DNA of 64,000 nucleotides from Rhizodiscina lignyota (Eukaryota): NCBI GenBank assembly GCA_010015805.1, contig ML978121.1, positions 2,852,001 to 2,916,000 of the forward strand, read 5' to 3'. Shown piece by piece: positions 51,581 to 64,000 of this stretch (position 1 is its first letter; each line of letters starts with the position of its first letter). The notes under the pieces were generated by a model. It saw only the letters and a program-made list of their open reading frames with translations, ran no database searches and was not told where the DNA came from. The position numbers and the translations under genes were made by a program.

Positions 51581-52794
51581 ATGGCGGTGACTGGGCGAAA
51601 TGTTACTGAGCCTGCGAAGTGTAGGCGATGCGGAGAAGATGCTCGTATCACTATTCGCGCAGAGCCGCTTTGCCAGTATGCCCACTGACGACTGCTTCAA
51701 TGAATTTTTTGTTTAACTGCTAATCCAAGCTTAGATCGTGCTTTGTAAATTATGTGCAAACGAAAGTCGTCAAGCGTCTGGAGAAGTTTCGGGTCAAGAA
51801 CGCTGAGCCTGGCAAGCCTCGAATGCTACTCTTGCCGATGTCTCTAGGCTTTTCTTCCATGACTCTCCTTCATGTCCTGGATTTTCAACTCCAGTCGCAG
51901 GCTAGACGAACCGGACGTACCGGCTTCACATTGCATGTGTTGCACATTGAACTTCCTCATGATGGTGATCGGAAGATGGTCGTAAAGCTTTATGAAGATA
52001 TAAAAGCTCGATATCCAGGACACTCTTACTCATCTATACGGCTATTCGATGACTTGAATCAGCCTTCCAATGGTACTACGACTAAAATGTCCAACGGACC
52101 CGATATTCAAGAAGAGGCGACGTCAAATGGAGGTCATAAGTCGTACGCAAAGCTTCTTTCCTCTCTTCCTTCTGTTACATCAAGAACCGATGTGCTTCAT
52201 ATCCTTAGAATGCGTCGGACAGTCGACTTTGCGTGTTCAAATAATTGTGAGGGCATCCTATGGGGCGATAGCACGACCAGGCTCGCAGAGAAGGTCCTAG
52301 CTGAAACCGCTAAAGGACGAGGGTTCTCTCTCCCGTGGCAAATCGCAGATGGCGATTCTCCCTTTGGGGTCCCTTTCTACTATCCAATGCGAGATCTGCT
52401 GAAAAAGGAACTTGTATCATACACAAGCATGATTACTCCTCCGGTCGATGTGTTAGTCGCTCTGGACTCTACGACGAACGTTGCAGCACCCGTGGCTTCC
52501 AAGGATGGCTCTATCGACTTTCTAATGAAACAATATTTCGAATCCGTGGAAGAGCAATATCCTAGCATTGTCGCCAATGTCGTCCGCACGACTGGAAAAC
52601 TTGAAATGAAGGACTTTTCTTCGGGGAGACAGTGTGCTCTTTGTAACATGCTGCTTGCTAATAATCCTACATTTGTTAACGGAAATTCTGGCCATGATTC
52701 GGTCACAGATGGACCAACTTTGGAATTATGCTATGGATGTGCTACGGCGGTTCCACCAGAAAGCAGACATTTAATTCCACCAGGACTGAAATGA
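51581..52794 (+). CDS. NCS2: Cytoplasmic tRNA 2-thiolation protein 2
   Basis: N-terminal CxxC..LC, LLLPMSLGFSS, LWGDSTTRLAEKVLAETAKGRG, YPMRDLLKKEL, YPSIVANVVRT, LCYGC. Confidence 0.92.
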
Positions 52795-52887
52795 AGAGAG
52801 GCACATCTCCACAAAGACTTCATATTCTGCAGAAAGGACTGTTCTTATGATCGAAGACCCAGTCTCGCAGCCGCGATTGGGAACCTA

Positions 52888-53376
52888 TCACTCGTCTGGT
52901 GCACTAGATTTCGCAAGCCCCTGCTTCCTCGATTCTTCTTCCTTTGTCAAGCAGCCATGCTTCTCTCGCTGCTCCGCAGTCATTTCTTCACCAAAGTCCT
53001 CAATATCGGCGATGCGCCTAATCTCCAGCACGGCCTCCCCAGCCTCCGGATCGACGCTCCTGCCACCGAGTGGACACTTCCTCGCCCATTCCAACGCCTC
53101 GTCGACATCCTTGGCCTTGATGATCCAAAAGCCAGAGAAGATTTCATTCGCTGGGAATGGTCCTTTGCTCTCCCTGATCTCACCCTCGGCAGTAGCTGGG
53201 AAAGTGAGACGAAAGCTGTCGACAGAGGACGGCAAGAAGCCGTCGGCGCTAACAATAACGCCGGTGTTCTTGAGGTCGGTGTAGAAGCCCATCATTTGAT
53301 CGATGAGGGCAGAAGATGGAGGGGTGCCAGAATCAGTTCGTGGACTGGCACGCATGATGAGCATGAACTTAGGCAT
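52888..53376 (-). CDS. YciI/DGPF-family dimeric alpha-beta barrel protein
   Basis: MPKFMLIMRA..MMGFYTDL..ADGFLPSS..GPFPANEIFSGFWIIKAKDVDEALEWARKCP..LEIRRI; intronless. Confidence 0.82.
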   Translation of the reverse strand: MPKFMLIMRASPRTDSGTPPSSALIDQMMGFYTDLKNTGVIVSADGFLPSSVDSFRLTFPATAEGEIRESKGPFPANEIFSGFWIIKAKDVDEALEWARKCPLGGRSVDPEAGEAVLEIRRIADIEDFGEEMTAEQREKHGCLTKEEESRKQGLAKSSAPDE

Positions 53377-54349
53377 ATCCGAGATGTTCCTTGGAAGCCT
53401 GAACTAGTTCAAGGAGAATAAATAAGTTCGAGTTGGAATTCGAAGTGGGCGTGAAAGTGGACGAGGTTGGGGAAAGTCCTGTTCTGTCTTCCTCTCAACT
53501 GTGCCGTTGGCTGGAGTCCAATTGAGTTGAATGAGCAAATTGTGCGTTTATGTACACGAAATTTTAGCTTTTCTAGGCCATTGCTGCCTGAATTGAATGT
53601 GAGTGTGAATTCGATCGCGAGCAATGCGAAAGCCCAAGTGGTGGCTTGCATGGAATTGAAGCTCCAAGTTTCACGAAACCTAGAATGATTGGCCTTCGCC
53701 ATGCGGCAGCCTTACTCGCCGAGAAAGATGCCTGAGATCAACATGCTCATACGCCAACGTCTATTCCTTACAAAATTAAGATACAACCGCTGATGGGCTT
53801 GGGAATTCGGAGTCAATTGCATTGGCTCGTATTTGCACCGCTTCATTTCGTATTCCTTTTCCCCATCATGTGCCGAGCGTCATGCAAGACGTAGTTTTGA
53901 GCGCGGCGGTGAAGCATCCTACGACGCAAGAGATGAGAATTGCTCCAAGGTGCATACGCTACTCCTTTACGAGGTTTCACCTCACAGATGGAGCTTGGTG
54001 AATAAAGCTTGGAGATCAATCTCCCACAAGGCCGACACCGACGTGCAAAGGTCATTCGGACTTTCAAAAGTTGCTCTCCCACAACTCCACGACAGTCACA
54101 TAGCCTGATATTCCATAATACTTAGAATCAGAGCATCTTGCTTGCGATGTAACTTAAGCGCTCTGATTCACTTGTCATATGGCCTTTGCTTACTGCGAGG
54201 CAATGGTCTCTCATTGCCTCGGTTTCAGATAACGGTACGGAGTAAATGCATGGCGATGTCGCTGTTGCGAGAAATACGATTATCGGTCCACCGACGCCTG
54301 TCGAACACCCAAATCCACATGAATACACAGAGCGTCGTTGAATCATGCT

Positions 54350-55184
54350 TCATACCTCTGAGCTTCCTTTCAATACTCTCTGGCCTATCCTGAGAAGATC
54401 CTCGTTCCATAGAGGCTCCTTCTCAAAACCGTTGAGGACCTGATCTATCATTGCAGCTGCAACCTCCGAGACGTCGATTTTCGGAAACTTCGCCATCGCA
54501 GGGTTTTCGGCTCTCCATGGCGCTGTTATAATACCTGGCTTCGCGACGCATGCCTCGATCTTGTGTTCTTCAGCAAACGCAAGGACCTGATTCTCCGTCT
54601 CTCCCTATATTACTAGTTAGCTGTCATTACAAACGGTCTCATAAGTTGAGGGATGTGCATACTCGCAAGAGTAGGTACCGTGGCGCCATGTCAGGCGTCT
54701 TGCTCTGGTCACGCTCGGCCCGGAGGCCGCTCATGTATAGGAACAGAACGGTGTACTGGTAGCTTTGCGAGCGTCGAGTATGGCTCTGAGGCATAGTCGT
54801 GATTGACGCGGACTACTTCATCCCATTCTGTATCGCGAGATTTGGTGGGCGTGATGGCAACGGTCCTGAACCACAGTCAGTATTAAGGGCAACGACAGTG
54901 CGGAAATGTTCGAAGACGAGCATCGAGATAGCAGTTTAGGAGTAGTACCATATACAAGCATCGGCATCCGTGAGCTGCTTCTTCACGTCCTCGGGGTAGC
55001 TGCCGAAGTCTTCCAAAACCACGCTCTTGAGTTTCGAAGCATCGATCTCGTTCCCCGAATTCTCAGGGACAGAGACAGGACGACGAGCAAGTGCAACAAT
55101 GGACGTGATCTTCGGGTTCTTCAGGCTTTGGCGAAGGACTTCACTTCCACACAATCCAGTTGCTCCTGCGATGATGAGCCGCAT
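54350..55184 (-). pseudogene. NAD(P)-binding Rossmann protein (TIP30/Fmp52-like atypical SDR) with apparent frameshift(s) in exon 2
   Basis: MRLIIAGATGLCGSEVL; exon 3 GETENQVL..CVAKPGII is intact; FLYMSG..AERDQ is out of frame with the start of exon 2 (TGA at 54709-54711). Confidence 0.75.
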
Positions 55185-55739
55185 AGCGTAGCACCTGCTT
55201 TAGGATATGAGTGTACTCGGAATCAATTCAACAGTGTTTGTGCTCGAAATTATTGAAACGAAAGATTCTAACCTGTACTCGAAGCACATTTGAGACTCGA
55301 AACTCAAAGGTATGGATTGCAGTCCAAAGAAATAGGAGACTGGATAGTGTCGGACTTAAGTTCGGCTTTAGCTCTTATGAATTACTCCGTCTTGCACTCC
55401 GAAATGGGAAGATTCGTGCGCTGGCAACTCTCTTTATGATGATGACTGGTATTAGTGATTCTGCATGTACCGCTCTCTGGAAAAGACTGCATCCCTTGCC
55501 TCGACTCCCCTACCGTGTGCCATGTGGGTACTCACCAATCTATGAGAGATCGGGGGTTCTGTGGGGCGTTGGTTCAAGACCGGCGCTTAAATAAACGTTA
55601 TTTTATAGTCTTGAAATTCCGATTGGCTCTCAACTGCAATGCTCGGAAGTTTGTACATCGGTATTCTGAGCTGAGGTTTGAGTGATGTCTAAGGAGGCGC
55701 TATTCCAAATTTGGAAGAGCCATGTCCGTCCATGGACTT

Positions 55740-57816
55740 TCACGTCGGCCAGAACTCCTGACGATCCAAACCCATGTTCGCACGACCTAGATCCATCTTT
55801 CCCAATTGTACGATCTCCGACCTGGAGAGCTCCTCTCGTAAGCCTTTGGATCTTCCTACCGTAGTGAACAAAACCTTCAACTTGTCCGTCCGGAGTAACT
55901 GGAGGAATTCTTTCAGATAACTATCTGTACTCCTGTCATCCAAATAATCGAGCCCATCGACTACACAGCACACTATTTCGGGTGCCAGACTCAACAAGTC
56001 GCCAAATATCGAAATAGCATCTGGCCATGTGTTGAGGCTCCCGTCTAATCGTTCGAATCTCGTTTCCGACAAATCAATATCTGCATCGAAGTGAGGCAAA
56101 AGCAGCTCAATGAGCTGTCTTAGCAATGCATATACCAATGAAACCATTGCTTGAGACTCTCCCGTGTTCCCAGATCGGATCTTGTCACCTCTCCGAAGCT
56201 CGCAGAAGTACGATATCACTGGAACGCGGGATAGATCTGCGAGTTCAACAAACTTCGCCGCTGTCGATGCCGTTACACTAAGCTGATCTTCCACTCTGTT
56301 CTGAGTCCCTTCGAGCCATAGGAAACGAGAGTCTTTTGACTCTGTCCATGTACTAAGCCGACCCAGTATCTCCTCATTCACCATGACTGGGCCGGAGCGA
56401 AAGTTGGCTGGGCGCAGCCGGTCGCGGTGAAAGAAGCGCTCCAGGTCTTTCGAATTTAATTGTACGTCATCGGCTTCCCATTGAGCGACTGGTGGTTAAT
56501 TCAATAACTGTTAAACACATATGGGAATCTCGGGTGTGCTTACCTTCAACAACTGAGTCTCCGTCGTAGTTGATATTTGACCTGCTCAGAATTTGAAATG
56601 GGACGTAATTTCTGTCTTTTATCGATCTCATCGCTCCGTCTTGCAACATGTTCTTAGTGTAAGCGACCAATTGTCGCCAACCCTCTGTGATCTGTTCCCT
56701 CTCCCTTTTCATCTCAAGAAACTCTCTTTCTCTTCTTGCCTCGAAATAGCTCTGTTCCGCCATACGTCTCGCCTCCCCCTCTAGCCCAAGTCTCATATCT
56801 CTTTCTAGTTTGTCTATGGTCTGTTTCATTTCCCTGAGCTGCGCATGAGTGCTTTCACCAATCAGCCTAGTTGATCTTGTCTCTGCCCGGGAACTTTGCT
56901 CCGCGACGTGTCTGATCTGCTCCGCCCTTTTGCTGATAGCTTGAATCTGGTCGTCGAACGTCTTTCTCAAGTTCTCATTGAACGAATCCAATAGCCTTCT
57001 GTGCCTTTTCTCCATCATCCAGTCCATGACGTTGGACAAAAACAGAAAGACGTGCGAATAAAGATCGGCTACCCCTTCAAGCATGTCCTTTGTCTGGAAC
57101 AGCTCAAGCTCGGCTTTGCAGTAAACCACATGCTCGCTGATAATGCATAACGCTTCCGAGAACCCTTCAGCAACTCGTTCGTGACGAACGCTAGCCTATT
57201 TCCCGTCAGCTCCTGTCATATGCTATCTTCGGAGAACCGACCTTTATAACCGCATTTAAAGTACCCGTAAAAACGGACACATACTCATTGCCCTCAGGAA
57301 GGACCTTCAATAGAGAGCTATGGGAGTCCAAAGTCCGACAGAATCGATGGAAGCCTGATAATGCTTTTCCGCTCCAGCCTTCTCCGCGCTTGGCCTTCCA
57401 TGCTTTCATCATCCCATTCACCATATCGGTGACCCCTTCGATTGTCGGCTCCGAGTCCTGTAAATCGACCTGCTCCTCTCGAGGGCAATGGTTCCGGAAC
57501 CTCGCCCATTTCCTCCGGAGGTTGGTTGATTCTTTCTCTATGACTTCGGTGATTGGATTTCTATCCCAAGGAATGGTCAAGGGCCGTATTGGCGCGGGAA
57601 GAATAATTGTGCTCACTTATCCCCAACACTCGGCGGTGCAGGCTCGAAGAACTTGCGCCAGGGTTCGGTAATACTCTCGCGATCTCCTCTATCATCACAC
57701 AAAACTTGACCTAAGGCGTAGGCTTCACTGTCTTCCGGAAGTCTCTCCTCGAAGTCCCAACTATACATGCGGACTATTCGTCTGGACTCTAAATCTTCGT
57801 CTGACGCCATTGTCAT
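55740..57816 (-). CDS. Fungal STAND/NACHT-N-like protein with degenerate NTPase domain (4 exons)
   Basis: Helical N-domain (LLKVLPEGNEYVSVFTGTLNAVIKA..LYSHVFLFL), then RLSTW..FLWLEG, VISYFC, SLVYALLRQL, CCVVDGLD (Walker B-like), LKVLFTT; no GxxGxGK. Confidence 0.7.
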
Positions 57817-58424
57817 GCGGAGTAGAGAACCTGACTATGAAGAGTCGTGAAAGATAAGGAGAAGGCACAAGGATTACATTTACTTTGGAACCCACATTGA
57901 AGCATCAGTCTGCAAGTCTTCCAGAAAATCACGGTGAGGCAGCACCTCAGCCTCGTCCCATGGCCGATCACTACCGAATCAGGTTTAAGACTCGTCTCCT
58001 TGAATGGCTGAGCTATGCAGGGATAAGAATCCATTTTACACGGGGGCAACTGCAGGGGTTGAATATTTGTCGAACGACGTTTTGTGGGGGCCATAAAGCC
58101 TTGCAAGGCAGGGAGGAAGCAACGACGTGTGAAATATTATTGATAAGAGCGGCCGCATCATGAACTGGGTAATATGCTGAGTTCGGACGTGTCGTCAATT
58201 TGATTTCGACTGATGTGAAGAACGGTTGACACATTCAGTCAAATTCAAACTCGACGGGGGCTCGTTCAGCCTCGTTCCAGTTTCCTACTCTCACCTGCGC
58301 GCCCACTTTCAATCATTTCTTTTGTCAGAGCATCTAAGACGTGTGCATTGAAACTTGCATTTGAAACTCTTCAGCAGTTTATTTTGTCAAAGGTTAACCT
58401 TGTGCAATCCGCCAATCGTAGACG

Positions 58425-60962
58425 ATGCCTTCGGAGGACGCCGCAAATCATATCGACGGAGAGCGAAAGGTAGAAGAGCTTCAGGGAAAGACCGACGCCA
58501 AAGGGAATCCAAAGCGCCATGGTATACGATATCGCGTGGAATATCGGGACATTGAAACCGACAAGTTAATTGACGGACATGATGCTGATGGCACTCGACT
58601 CGACGATCTGACTAATGGCAAGACAGGGCCGGCGTTTGATGTGGTTACCTCATTTCGAGTCAGAAATCCTGATTCGGTGGGCTCAGTTACTAAGGGAGAT
58701 ACAACTAGAGCTGCCGCTCATATTACCCCTTCATATCACATAGACATATACTCCTCCGCCATCATCAACGCTATTCAATCAGTGGTCCAATATTACCCGC
58801 AACAGAACTTGGCTGGAGATTCGGTTATCATTCAATGGCCGTACCCAATTCTTGTCCACCACTACGATGAGCTGTCCAAATTCCGAGAGGAGTGTGCATT
58901 GAAAGACCCGAACGATTTGTGCATCAGAGAAAAAGATGCCTGCGAACATCTCCGACTTCTCCTCGAGTTCTTGGATGAAGAGGTCATGGAGGAGGTCAAA
59001 GCGGAGCAGGAGCGCATCAAAAAAGGCCGGACCACGTTCGAATGGGGGTGGGTACCGTACAAGCCTGGGAGCACTATTCTGCAGGCCTTCAATGAGGATA
59101 TGGTTTGGCGTGGCTATGTCGTCCATTCTATCTCTGGAGGATCGTTCGTAAATCCACCGAAGGGATGGAAAATCACTACATGGGCGCTGTGTTACGACGG
59201 CACATACTTGGGGCGATATTTTGTGGACGGTTACTGGAACAAATTTGATGGAGAAACAGAACTTATAAAAGACACCCGGTTTATTGATGAAAAGCTTCTT
59301 GAGGTAGACGAATGCGATGACCCCATGGCCAAGCAATTGGTCCAGAGTGGGGAGATGTACTGGAACCTTCTCAAGAAGCAATGCAGATACTACAAGGGAC
59401 GGACAAAAACTTTTCCCTACAATGAGGTCAGTGCTGTCATTATGGTAAAGTGGTAAAGCACTAACTAGGGTTAGATCGATGGTCTCGTAATGACAGATGT
59501 CGTTAGCTACTATGCGCAGAGTGCTCCTCATGCATCGACTTATGATGAGGATGAAGCCAAGCAGTGGATGCCGCACTCTGGCAGTCGGGCACCGCGCCTT
59601 AGAGACAGAACCGACCTGAGGAATTGGAACTCGGATTGCACGTGTTCGATCTGCAGACAGCCAAACAGAAAGCACGAAAAGAAGACCCAGCCTTTGTTTG
59701 ATGGATACAATAACATCACACTCGAAGGCTGGGACGATCTGAATCCGCACCAGTATTTGTTGTGTCCACTCGAGATGCCCGCTTTCGTTTTCAGGACGCG
59801 AACATGGGGTAAGACCGGACAAATATTTAGTGGCCACTACAAATGCTTATACGGCAAACAGAAAAGCTAGTCGTATCGCAATTCCAAGAACCAAGATACA
59901 ACGAGAACATGCTAGACAATCTCGTCATGGCCCCTCCGCGAGTCAAAACGTTGAAATCGCTCGCGAAGAGTTATGCACGCATCAACCAATGCGGAAAGAA
60001 CATGACGAGAGAACCGTGGGTTGCGGATTTCGTGAAAGGAAAAGGCAATGGTTTGATCTTCCTGTTACATGGGAAGCCAGGAGTTGGAAAGACCTGCACC
60101 GCAGGTAAGTCTCACGCTTGATGGGGTTGTCATGCCTTCTAACGACCGGTCAACCTTAGAGTGCGTCGCGGAATTTATAAAGCGGCCTCTAATGGTCCTA
60201 ACATGCAGCGATATCGGCATCGGACCCAAAGAGGTGGAGCGGAATCTGACGGTCAACTTCAAAACGGCAAAAAGCTGGGGTGCTGTTCTACTCATTGACG
60301 AGGCCGATGTGTTCATGGAAAGACGATCAACGACCGATCTCAATCGGAACAGCCTGGTCGCTGGTAAATATTGCTCCCTTTGCAAAGTCGCACACTACTA
60401 ACCATACTTGTGGATTCCAGGATTTCTACGAGCGTTAGAGTTTTACGACGGCATTCTTTTCCTTACCACCAACCGCGTCGGCTCATTCGACGATGCTTTC
60501 ATTTCCCGTGTCCACATTCAGCTGTATTATCCGGACTTCACGGACGAGGAGAGAAAGCAAGTGTGGAAGACGTTCACAAACAAATTAGCTGCGGAAAGAG
60601 GAGATTATATTCGACTGAACATCAATGCCAAGGAATACCTTGAATCCAAACAGATCCGTGAGCTCAAATGGAATGGCCGCGAGATTAGAAATGGTAAGCA
60701 CGCTGAAATATTCATATCAGATGTCATCGCTAACTCCGCTGCCATCACACCAGCCTTCCAAACGGCCGTAGCATTGGCAGAGTATGAGGCACAAAGGGAC
60801 GAAGAAAGTAAGATTATCATAACTGATGAACATCTCAAAGCCGTCGTCGAGTTGTCGAAGGACTTCAAAGAGTATCTCACAGAGCTTCATATCGGGGACG
60901 AAGGGAAACGGGCAGAGCAAAGGTATGAAAGGCTTGACAACTTCAACCGAAAAAGGGAATAG
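58425..60962 (+). CDS. Fungal-specific AAA+ ATPase (multi-exon)
   Basis: Walker A HGKPGVGKT, Walker B VLLIDEADVF, FLTTNRVGSFDDAFISR, WNGREIRNA. Confidence 0.92.
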
Positions 60963-61211
60963 AGAGATGAGAGAAGCCTATTATTATCGAGAGTCGGTGA
61001 TACAGTTGGAAGATTTGTCCGGAGTCTTTCGTGCGTTTCTCTCAGGGCTTCAGACTAGGCCTGAAGAGGCTAGAGTACTTTGTCGGCGATAAGATGGATT
61101 TTGATAGTGCGACAAAAGCGAAAGCGTCATATACTTACGAATGTCTCGTGCAGTTTTCAACTCTCAAACTCTGTCACCTCCAGCCCTCACACATATCAAT
61201 AACCGATTGAT

Positions 61212-63280
61212 ATGATGCAGAATGGCTGCCGCTTTTGCAGGACGGCTCCTACTGCTCTGCGCAGTTTCTCTGTCGCCTCAAAAGTTGGACCTCAACTGCT
61301 CACACGACATCCGATAGCATCCAGACCCTCTGTAGTGCGATCAATCCAGACACAGCAATTCTCTCCTCTCACACCTCCAAATCCTGCCGACCTTCCTAAG
61401 CCTCGTCTGCGAAAGCGACGACGATGGCCACGCCGCCTCGTCTACCTCTCACTCTTCCTCGCGGCGGGATACTACGCAGATACTACATGGAATTCGTCCG
61501 CTCTCACACGGAGCTTGCGCACTTTTCGCACTGGCTTGATAATAGGGCTGGACTACAAGATCAACTTTCGTGCACATCCTCCATTGGCACATAGCATCGA
61601 GGAAGTGCATGCTCGAAATGCCACCCGCATATTCAACCTCCTCCGCGAGAATGGTGGTCTGTATCTCAAAATTGGTCAGGCAATTGCGATGCAGAGTGCG
61701 ATCCTACCTCCACAGTTCCAAAAGATGTTTGCGAGGATGTTTGACGATGCGCCACAAAATGAGTGGAAAGATGTAGAAAAGGTTGTGCGAGAAGACTTTG
61801 GGATGAGCGTGGAGGAGGCCTTTGGCGTGAGTTTCAGTGGTGAGGAGGGTAAGGGTCTAATGGAGCGAACGGCAAGAGCAAGTGCTAGTGTGGCACAGGT
61901 GCATTGGGCGCGATTAGGGGATGGAAGGGAGGTTGCGATAAAGATTCAGAAGAAGGAGATTGCAACACAGGTTGGATGGGACTTGTGGTCTTTCAAGTGA
62001 GTCTTTGGATCTACCCCTTCCGATATTACAGGTTCTGACATTGGAATAGAGTTGTAGCAGCTGTATATAGCTGGTGGTTTGATCTCCCAGTCAAGGTTTT
62101 GGTCCCATACATCTCCGAGCGCCTCATGCTGGAAACGGACTTCATCAACGAAGCAAATAACTCAGAAGAGATGGCAAAGTTTGTAGCAGCAGAGCCCCGC
62201 CTAAGAGGTCGTGTGTATATCCCGAAGGTTTACCGCAATCTCTCCTCAAGACGAGTCATGACGGCGGAATGGATCGAAGGCATTCGACTTTGGGACAAAG
62301 AAGGCATCGAGAAACCATGGGAAGGCGGCTGGCATAACGGCAGCCCTGGAGCTGGAGGCGCACCCTTACCTGAAGTCACCGCCAAGGAGAAGATCGACCA
62401 TATTCCGTCAAACGATCCAAATAATGAGAAGCTGAAGCCTGAACGCACAGCATGGCGCGGCCCGAATAGAACTGGTGGTCTAGGTCTTTCCTACAAGCCC
62501 ATCATGACTACAATGGTTGATCTCTTCTCCGCACAGATGTTTCTCTGGGGTTTGGTACATTGCGACCCGCATCCAGGGAACATCTTCATCCGCCGCCTAC
62601 CGTCCGGGAATCCGGAGCTCGTGCTCATTGACCATGGACTCTACATTCGCATGTCGCCCGAGTTCAAGCACCAGTATTCGCGTTTCTGGAAAGCTCTGAT
62701 CAGCTTCGACAATGCGACCATCAAAGATGTCGTGAACAGCTGGGGCGTCACTAATCCAGACGTTTTTGCTAGCGCAACGCTCATGAGGCCGTATTCGGGG
62801 GGCGACATGAGCACCAACAACGCCCTGAGGAAGCAGAAACAGTGGGAAGAGGAAGGGTTGGACGAGCAAGAAAGAGCTTATCGCATGCAACAAGAGATGC
62901 GGAAGGGCATCCGGCAGATTCTTGGCGATGAGAACAAATGGCCAAGAGAGCTAATTTTCATCGGTCGCAACCTACGAATTGTGCAAGGGAATAATCAATT
63001 CCTCGGAAGTCCCGTTAATCGGATTAAAATTACCGGACTATGGGCCAGCAGAGCGCTTGTGGAGGACAAGGACCTAAGTCTAACGCAGCGCGCCGGCTAT
63101 TTCGGCAGACATTTAGTCTTTAGGCTTGTGCTATGGGCCAGCGACGTCGCATGGTGGTATTATAGAGCTAGACAGGTGCTCGGCATAGGTGGTGGAATGG
63201 ATCAAGAGATCGAGGAGAATATGAAGAGGATGGCGAAGGGAATGGGCATAGAGCTCAATCACGGTGTGTTTGAGGGTTGA
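61212..63280 (+). CDS. ABC1/UbiB atypical kinase (ADCK1/Mcp2-like, probably mitochondrial)
   Basis: Basic N-terminal presequence, NGGLYLKIGQ, ASASVAQVH, VAIKIQ, VMTAEWIEG, VHCDPHPGN, LIDHGLY. Confidence 0.93.
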
Positions 63281-63458
63281 GTGAGACCGACAGATCTTGG
63301 GTATTGCAAACATTTCCCTGCATATAGAATTCCTGAGCTGAAAAGAGAGAGATATTTGGCTGTATATAGATTTGTAGTTACTACACTCAGACCACCGGAA
63401 TATCAATCCACACTGTACTTGTCTAATCAAACCTCGGGAATTGAAATGTGATCAAAAC

Positions 63459-64000
63459 TTATGCTTGATTTGCTCCCTGATTGATCGTACTCGTACTGCC
63501 CACAAAGACGACCTGTACCGAAGCATATCTGGAAACTGTAAGTCTAAAATCCATCCCCGCATTGGACCCATTGTGGAAATGGACTTACGCTGCTGTGGCC
63601 GCGAAGATCTCCACTGACCGTGCGGTTGTGAAGATATCCAAAGCAGTGGAAAATATGAAGGAGAACGCCATAATGGAACACAAGCGGAGATGGAGGGTCG
63701 GGATGAAATAGAGCGCGAGGACTGTCGAAGATGGCATTACTGTGGAGAGGAGTACGCTCATCGATCGCGCCACGGCACCAACCACTCGTCTTTGACATCT
63801 AGCACGGCGGTCGTCTCGAAACCGACAAGTTTCTGTTTCGCTTAGCAATACAATGCAAACTCTAAGCAGAGTCGTGAGCAAATACTTGAAGCTTTGTATA
63901 AAACTTCTCCATTATCCAAGGCACAAATTTTCCCGCGAGCATTTTTGTAAAGCTGTCGAACTCTGGTCCTTGAGACAGAGCAACCAGATCCTTAATATGG
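63459..64000 (-). CDS. 3' part of a DUF6594-like membrane protein (runs off the window end)
   Basis: ..FSFIFSTALDIFTTARSVEIFAATAA|YASVQVVFVGS C-terminal signature; upstream DLVALS..DSFTKML; possible frameshift near 63780. Confidence 0.65.

Noticed and set aside
58779..59837. Long antisense or alternate-frame ORFs (also 4786-5409, 15702-16634, 10816-11547)
   Set aside because: Shadows of real genes caused by codon bias; no motifs

Overview
Gene-dense, intron-rich (GT-AG, CTRAC branch sites) genomic DNA of a filamentous ascomycete. It carries about 25 recognisable genes: PTR2, RPN5, a laccase, a microbial-type PARG, SDR, GST, a lectin-like propeller, ferric reductase, a Zn2Cys6 TF, APC13, RPS29, POL12, CRAL-TRIO, PTM1, NCS2, a YciI-like protein, a STAND-like/AAA+ pair, an ABC1 kinase and DUF6594. 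The standout is a compact locus at about 41.8-47.9 kb that the ORF track breaks into fragments. (1) A DUF3328/UstYa-type oxidase with two HXXHC motifs. (2) Divergent from it, a 9-exon gene for a 282-aa secreted Kex2-processed repeat precursor. Its spacers are pure X-Ala/X-Pro dipeptides, and its six cores carry Tyr at almost every third residue (e.g. GYGSYSPYKSYSPYASYGSY). (3) A convergent secreted S53 sedolisin/tripeptidyl-peptidase. This looks like a dikaritin-type fungal RiPP system with unusually long poly-YxxY cores. Other points: two (possibly three) frameshifted genes, a divergent degenerate-NTPase/AAA+ pair, and a stem-rich intergenic segment that may be an ncRNA. All calls come from manual reading and motif recognition; no database searches were run.
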